NCBI GenBank assembly: GCA_001643675.2 | Contig: LSRY02000033.1 | Location: 930,001-994,000, forward strand | Origin: Monocercomonoides exilis PA203 | Lineage: Eukaryota; Protista; Preaxostyla | Length of the DNA stretch: 64,000 bases | Reading direction: 5' to 3' | Shown: positions 58,457-64,000 of the stretch, one piece after another | Layout: each line of letters starts with the position of its first letter | How positions within the stretch are numbered: position 1 is the first letter of the stretch | Made by a program: the position numbers and the translations under genes | Notes under the pieces: generated by a model | Told to the model about the DNA's origin: nothing | Seen by the model: only the letters and a program-made list of their open reading frames with translations | Database searches by the model: none

Positions 58457-60370
58457 TCACGACGAGGTTGAGGGTGCAGAGGGTGCAGGAGAGGTTGAGG
58501 AGGAAGAGGAAGAGGAAGACGAGGATGAAGATGAGGATGAAGGAGTGGTTGAGGAAGAGGCTGTCTGTGCGCCCTCCGCAGCCAGCAGCTGCGTGGGGTT
58601 GACAATCTCGGGGCGCAGCGTGGGGAACAGGATCACATCCTGGATGGTCGGCGCCTGCGTCAGCATGATCACCGCACGGTCGATCCCGAACCCCCACCCG
58701 GCTGTGGGCGGCAGCCCGTACTCCAGCGAGCGGCAGAAGTACTCGTCGATCAGCGTCGCCTCCTCGTCTCCCTGCGCCTTCGCTGCCGCCTGCGCGTCAA
58801 ACCGCTTCCGCTGCACCACCGGGTCGTTCAGCTCCGTGTACGCGTTCGCCAGCTCCGTGTGGTTCACAAACAGCTCAAACCGCTCGGTCCACTGCGGGTT
58901 CGCCCGGTGGTACTTCGCCAGCGGAGACATGATCGCCGGCTGGTCGCACAGGAACGTCGGGTTCTTGAACGACGGCTCCAGATACTTCTCTGCCATCTTG
59001 TCCAGCAGCCGCGCCGTCGTGAATGGCGGCGTGCACGGCACCTCCCGCTCCTTCGCCAGCTTCCGCAGGAACTCGTTCGTCTCCGGCGTCGACAGGTCTG
59101 CCGGGAACTCCACCCCCATCTCCTTCGCCAGCTCCGCCATGAACGACACCCGCCGGAACGGCCGCGCAAACGACACCTCCACCAGCTTCTCCGGGTCCTC
59201 CTTGTCCCGCAGCACCACCGTCTCCCGCCCGCCGTTCAGCATCTTCACCATCCCGTTCAGCATCTCCTCCGTCAGCTCCATCAGGTCGTTGTAGTCCAGG
59301 AACGCCGCATAGAACTCGCACGACGTGAACTCCGGGTTGTGCGTCTGGTCCATCCCCTCGTTCCGGAACAGCCGCCCGATCTCGTACACCCGGTTCATGC
59401 CCCCCACAATCAGCCGCTTCAGATACAGCTCCGGCGCCACACGCATGTACATGTCGATGTCCAGCGTGTTGTGGTGCGTCACAAACGGCTTCGCCGTCGC
59501 CCCGCCCGCTATCGTGTTCAGGATCGGCGTCTCCACCTCCAGGAACCCCCGCTCGTTCAGGTACTGCCGCATGTACGTGATGATCCTCGACCGCGTCTTG
59601 AACCGCGCCAGGCTCTCCGGGTTGAACATCAGGTCCAGCTCCCGCATCCGGTGCCGCAGCTCCTGGTCCTTCACCACACGCGGCATCATGTGCAGGCACG
59701 GCGACAGCAGCACCACCTTGCTCGGGAACAGGCTCAGCTCCCCGCGCTTCGTCTTCCCCGGGTGCCCAACCGCCCCGACCCAGTCCCCGCGCCGCAGCTT
59801 GTCGTGCACCGCCGCAAACTCCTCTGCGCTCTCCGCTGCCCGCAGGTCGCACATCAGCTGGATCTTCTGCCCGTCGTTGTGGATGTCGTAGAACACCAGC
59901 TTCGCGCTCTGCCGCCGCAGCAGCATGATCCGCCCTGCCACCGACACCGTGTCTGCCTCCACGCGCGCCCCTGCCTCCAGCGCCCCGTACTTTTCTATGA
60001 ACTCCCCGATGCTCAGCGTCACCCCAAACTTGTGCGGGTAGTTCGGGTTCCGCTCGTCCTTCGACTCTCCATATATCACTTTCTTCCGGTTCTCGAAGTA
60101 GAACCGCGGGTCCACATTCTCCTCCTCGTCTGCGTGGCTTCCTTTCCCCTCCCCCGCGCTCCCCTTCCCCTCTGCTTCGCGCTTTGCTGCCGCCTCCCGC
60201 TTCGCCGCCTCTTTCTCCTCCTTCTTCTTCTGCGCCGCCTCCAGCTTCCCCAGACGCTTCTGCGCATTCTTCGACAGCGGTGCCCCGGGCGCGCCGCTTG
60301 CCCCTTCTCCGGCCTCTGCGCCCTCGGGCTTCTTTTCTTCTGCTAGCTCCGTTTTTGCGTTTTGTTCCAT
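58457..60370 (-). CDS. KARS: Lysyl-tRNA synthetase, copy 2
   Basis: 637 aa like copy 1. I see three amino-acid differences: KAELA/KTELA, RLAK/RLGK and MTEK/MAEK. Confidence 0.98.
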   Translation of the reverse strand: MEQNAKTELAEEKKPEGAEAGEGASGAPGAPLSKNAQKRLGKLEAAQKKKEEKEAAKREAAAKREAEGKGSAGEGKGSHADEEENVDPRFYFENRKKVIYGESKDERNPNYPHKFGVTLSIGEFIEKYGALEAGARVEADTVSVAGRIMLLRRQSAKLVFYDIHNDGQKIQLMCDLRAAESAEEFAAVHDKLRRGDWVGAVGHPGKTKRGELSLFPSKVVLLSPCLHMMPRVVKDQELRHRMRELDLMFNPESLARFKTRSRIITYMRQYLNERGFLEVETPILNTIAGGATAKPFVTHHNTLDIDMYMRVAPELYLKRLIVGGMNRVYEIGRLFRNEGMDQTHNPEFTSCEFYAAFLDYNDLMELTEEMLNGMVKMLNGGRETVVLRDKEDPEKLVEVSFARPFRRVSFMAELAKEMGVEFPADLSTPETNEFLRKLAKEREVPCTPPFTTARLLDKMAEKYLEPSFKNPTFLCDQPAIMSPLAKYHRANPQWTERFELFVNHTELANAYTELNDPVVQRKRFDAQAAAKAQGDEEATLIDEYFCRSLEYGLPPTAGWGFGIDRAVIMLTQAPTIQDVILFPTLRPEIVNPTQLLAAEGAQTASSSTTPSSSSSSSSSSSSSSSTSPAPSAPSTSS

Positions 60371-60419
60371 TTCTGATCAACCCACTTGTCGATGCCCTGC
60401 GCCCATAAGATACAATGAT

Positions 60420-61430
60420 TGAGATAAAAAATGTTGTGATGTCTTGCACAGAGTGTTATCAGCGACATCACAAGCACCAGGCAGATGCATGATTTATTTA
60501 CGAGAACATAGTGAAAATTTGTTGTTGAGCCATTGAACAATGATTCAACATTTGTTTGTGAATTGAGAACAAGAAATCTTGTGATCTCCCAAAAGTATTT
60601 GTGCCTGCTGTGAATGTGAATGTTTTATTCCTTTTGTGTGCATGGGATTTTGTACAGACATTGAACTGACCAGATTTTGCTGATGGAGCTGGGCAAGCCT
60701 TTTTTGGTCTTTTCGTTTGTGCTGTGGGAGTCCAAGGCGAGAAGGTCGGAGCGAAGAAGATTGTTGTTGACTTCTATTTTCTCTGTGGGGAAAAGGGGAT
60801 GTTAATATTTCCCTGGATTTTGATGGACAAATGGACTCGGAGCACCAATTGCTCAAAATTCCAACAAGCAGAGTCTGTTTTGAAGGCAGAAGCATTGCAT
60901 TTGTGTTAGTCTGCTTTCATTGCTTATTAAGCGTGTGCGCCTTCATTATTTTGAGCAGGGTGCAGCGAAATTCGAAAAGGGAGTTGCGGAAGAGGCTGAA
61001 CAAAGACGAAGAGGAAAGGAGAAGATGGCTTTGTTTGTCTTGGTGATAGAATCGTTAAGTCACATCTCGACTTGCTGTTGTTATGGCAAATGGGCAGATG
61101 CTGGATGCAACGCTGTGAGATCCTCTTTGATTGCAGATGCTTTTCTGGGAGGAAGCACAGAAAAAAGAAAAAGGAGTTTGCTTGTTGGAGATTTCTTCTC
61201 TCCAGCTCCTTTGCTTCATTTCACCTTCACTCAGCGCGAAAGGATATGGTCTGGTTCTCAATGGACATGATAAATTGTACTGTTTTATCATCTCTTTTGT
61301 AAATCCTTCCGTTTCGTCTTTTTTCCAGAACATAAAGAGCCATTCCACTTCAAATCAGCCTTTTCGAACAGGGAGAGCATTGATTTGGTGATTGGGGTGT
61401 GTTACATTTTTATCATTTCAAAACAATGAA
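60420..61430 (+). pseudogene. Probable decayed gene relic, right-arm copy
   Basis: Homologous to 12951-13960 but with its own stops (e.g. TAG TGA at ~60508) and indels. Confidence 0.35.
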
Positions 61431-61921
61431 TGAAAGAATTTCTAATGTTTGAATTTACTGGGTTCTGAAGCTTTCCGTTGACTGAAAATCTTTTTAAAGT
61501 TAAAGGCCAAACTATCAAAATAAGTTAGATGATTCATATTTAAAATAAGAATCCAGTTTTGTTCAATAATTGCAAGAACTGTTGCAATTTTTTAATGTTG
61601 AATATTTCACTGTTTAGATATTTAACACTACTTCAATAAATTGTCACAGGCTTGTGTAATTAAATTTGTGTGTGCGTGTGTTCGAGTTGAAAATAAAAAT
61701 CGAAAAAAACCGCCAGGAGTAACAAAACAATAAGCATTGAAAATCAAATGCTTCTTTCAACGGAAAAGGAATGCTATAAAAACAGCTTGAAAACTTGTAA
61801 ATACTCAAAAGAGAATGAAAAATAAGCAAACTTATATTCAACATAAACTTTAAAAGATGATAGCTGAATTGAAAATAAAGAATTAACAATGTTGTTATTA
61901 TCAAATAGGTATAGTCTAATT

Positions 61922-64000
61922 TCATGAAAGAGAATGATCTGTACCAGCAGGAGCAGGTGAATGAGGCGGAGGGGATGTGGAGGCAGGCGGAGCAGGCGCA
62001 GCGGATGAGATGTATGTTGCGAGTGCTGTTTCGTTTTCGTTGAATCTCGTATCCTGCCTCTGAAGCTCTGTCTCCACAAGCAGCTTGTAAATTTCATCCC
62101 ACACTTTGTGACAGGCCTTGCCAGATGAAGAATTCACTTCCACTTTTTCATCTGTCGTTCTCTGCAAACTTTGCTCGTCTGCCTCATCGTCCAAAATAAG
62201 CATCATCTGCTTCTGGAAGCATTCGTCTCTGTCCTTCCACACATCTCCGCTCTTGCGCTCCTTCGCAACCTCTGCCGTGCTGTTCCAGTTGAGCCCTTTC
62301 TCCTCCACCGCCCTTTTCATATGCAGCATCCACCCATCCAATTTTGCCAGTTCTTCTTCGATTTCCTCAGAGTTGTCTTTCATCTCGTCCACAACACGCG
62401 CCAAGTGTGTCATCTGCGCAATGAGCGGTGCAGCTGGCGGTGGCGGAAGCGGAAGAAGAAGAGGAAGCAGCTGGTGTGCTGAATCAAACGCAATCAGTTC
62501 CTCCATCGCTGCCGAGTCCTCTTCACTCGCAAGACGCTGCAACTCAGTCTCAGAAAGATGCTCAGCCATTCTTTTCTTCGCTCGCTCTTCTCTTTCTTTC
62601 TTCTGCTGCTGCATTAGCTTCTCTTTCTCCTGTTGTATTTCATCCAGCTCCTCTTGTCTTCTCCTCTTCATCTCTTCAACGACTGCCATCCATTTCTTCA
62701 CTTGTTCCCTTCTTCTTTGCTTGTAGTGGAGAGACCAATAGATGCATCTGATGAGCTTGGCGTCTGACAGAAGAGAGAGCGAAAGAGGAAGCGAGCGAGT
62801 GTACAGAAGCTGCTCAAAAAGAGTGTAAAGCTCTGTGTGCAAGATAGAATTGTAAGGGAACTTGAACATGATGCGGACAAGCGGACAGAGAAGAGATTGA
62901 GAAGAATGTGAAGAAGAAGAAGAAGAAGAAGAAGATGGTGATGGTGATGTGGATGAAGATGAGTCGTTTGTTAGATCAAATTTCTGTGAAAAAAAGCCTT
63001 TTCGAAGGAAAGCATCGTCAATAGACAGTCCATAGCCACTTCGGATGATTGCAGAAAGCAAAGCGATTACTGTTCATATAATGTGCAAAGCAAACATAAA
63101 TGAATAAAATATAAAACAAGCAAATTGGTGGAATTTCGCAATTTGAATTAGCAGAATGAAAATCAAGAATAAAGTGACGGTGAAATTTAAGGAAAAGTTC
63201 AAAAACAATTTTAAATAAAAGGAGCAGATAATAAAGAATAAGCATTTGCAAAGTCTATTTATCAAACCTTTCAATCTGTAAAGTCCTAAACTCTGAGTTT
63301 TCAGAAGAATGGGCGGGGGAGGGTAGTTTACTACTTCTATTGTTTCATCATTAGATTGATAATTCAGATTATCAGCATGTGTTTTTAGGTGACATTCCTC
63401 TTCTTTTTTCAAATGTTCGTTTTCGTCTCCTTTTCCTTGGCAATTTTTATTGCCTGGCTCAGCCATGTTCAGCCATTCCACATTCAAGCAGCTCACAAAG
63501 CACGGAATTTCAGCCAAAATCCATCTCTTCAGAAAAGATGGCACATCCGCGTTGAACTCAACAGGCTTTTGCTCATCATAAACTGCCCTTTTGTGCTCTT
63601 CAGCTGTTTGTTTGGTGCCATCTGAATCTTCTGATGTGCCTTTGGAAGAGTCTTCTTTTATTTCTTGCTGTGCATTTTGTGTGTTTTGTGTGTTGTTTGC
63701 AGTTTCTGCTTCGTCGGCTGCTTCGCACCAGAACTGGTAATTGAATTGATTGCAGAACACGAAATCGATCAGAAGCTGAACAGCAGTAACAGCAGAAGAG
63801 ACAGGAATGCAAGGACAGCCACAGCTGGTGGCTTTGTCGCATTTCAATGAGGATGATGTGGAGGATGTTTCAGAGGAAGTTGCAGAAGAAGATGTTGAAG
63901 AAGAAAGGCGAATTGGAAAATAATTATTTTCTATCAATTTTGATCTGTCATGAGAGTCATGTCGGTTAAAAGTTGCAATTTGAAGCAATAAGTTCATCTC
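61922..64000 (-). CDS. 3' part of a SAPS/SIT4-associated (PP6 regulatory subunit)-like protein; intron 63070-63267; gene starts beyond the window and the true 3' end is uncertain
   Basis: SLGLYRLK|VIALLSAII, MFKFPYNSILHTELY and QMTHLARVVD match the SAPS motifs LG..RL.++.L+, FF.Y.WNNFLH..V and YMGHL..IAN. Confidence 0.7.

Larger units (their letters stand above)
41431..61449. repeat. Right arm of the ~20 kb inverted duplication
   Basis: Reverse complement of ~12931-32908, with mirrored CNNM, giant receptor, LysRS and relic. Confidence 0.97.

Noticed and set aside
14035-60449. Dozens of long overlapping and antisense ORFs in the arms (e.g. 14035-15522, 24452-26809, 28651-30996, 58875-60449)
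   Set aside because: These are shadow ORFs. High GC and G skew remove stop codons from alternative frames, and the products are Pro/Ser/His or Gly/Arg low-complexity sequence with no motifs.
60412-60460. IKNVVMSCTEC resembling an integrase zinc-finger half-site
   Set aside because: The frame is closed by nearby stops, the first Cys codon is TGA in the left copy, and no integrase core follows.
12931-61449. Giant transposon, Polinton or viral element with terminal inverted repeats
   Set aside because: No transposase, integrase, polymerase or capsid gene and no evident target-site duplication. Arms and spacer hold ordinary host genes.
1-64000. Non-standard genetic code (TAA/TAG read as Gln, as in some metamonads)
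   Set aside because: Conserved genes end at TAA at plausible positions (RPL24 40974, epimerase 38490, ORF ending 2150), and long exons contain no in-frame TAA or TAG.
1-64000. tRNA or rRNA genes
   Set aside because: None recognised by eye. tRNAscan-SE or Infernal would be needed to exclude them formally.

Overview
This is eukaryotic genomic DNA: an AT-rich background, short spliceosomal introns and the standard genetic code. Gene style suggests a metamonad or oxymonad such as Monocercomonoides, which is an inference. The dominant structure is a ~48.5 kb palindrome made of two ~20 kb inverted arms (~12931-32908 and ~41431-61449) around an ~8.5 kb unique AT-rich spacer. Each arm carries a decayed gene relic, an intronless lysyl-tRNA synthetase, a ~3640-aa single-pass receptor-like pseudokinase and a CNNM-type (DUF21-CBS-CNBH) metal-transport gene. 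The arm genes are very GC-rich and G-skewed on their sense strands, unlike all single-copy neighbours. Arm-to-arm identity varies in blocks: diverged outer ~1 kb, a few percent divergence in the giant gene, and near-identity over the inner ~4.5 kb. This fits arm-to-arm gene conversion, though an assembly artefact is not excluded. Single-copy genes left of the palindrome: a putative MMS19-like C-terminus, a DBP7/DDX31 helicase, a small membrane protein, a five-exon calmodulin-like gene with a GC-AG intron (absent from the ORF track) and importin-alpha. Spacer genes: a Glu/Lys-rich coiled-coil protein, an NAD-dependent epimerase and RPL24. Right of the palindrome: a SAPS/PP6-regulatory-like gene. 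Splice donors follow an atypical G(T/C)KTG consensus. All alignments and counts were done by eye.
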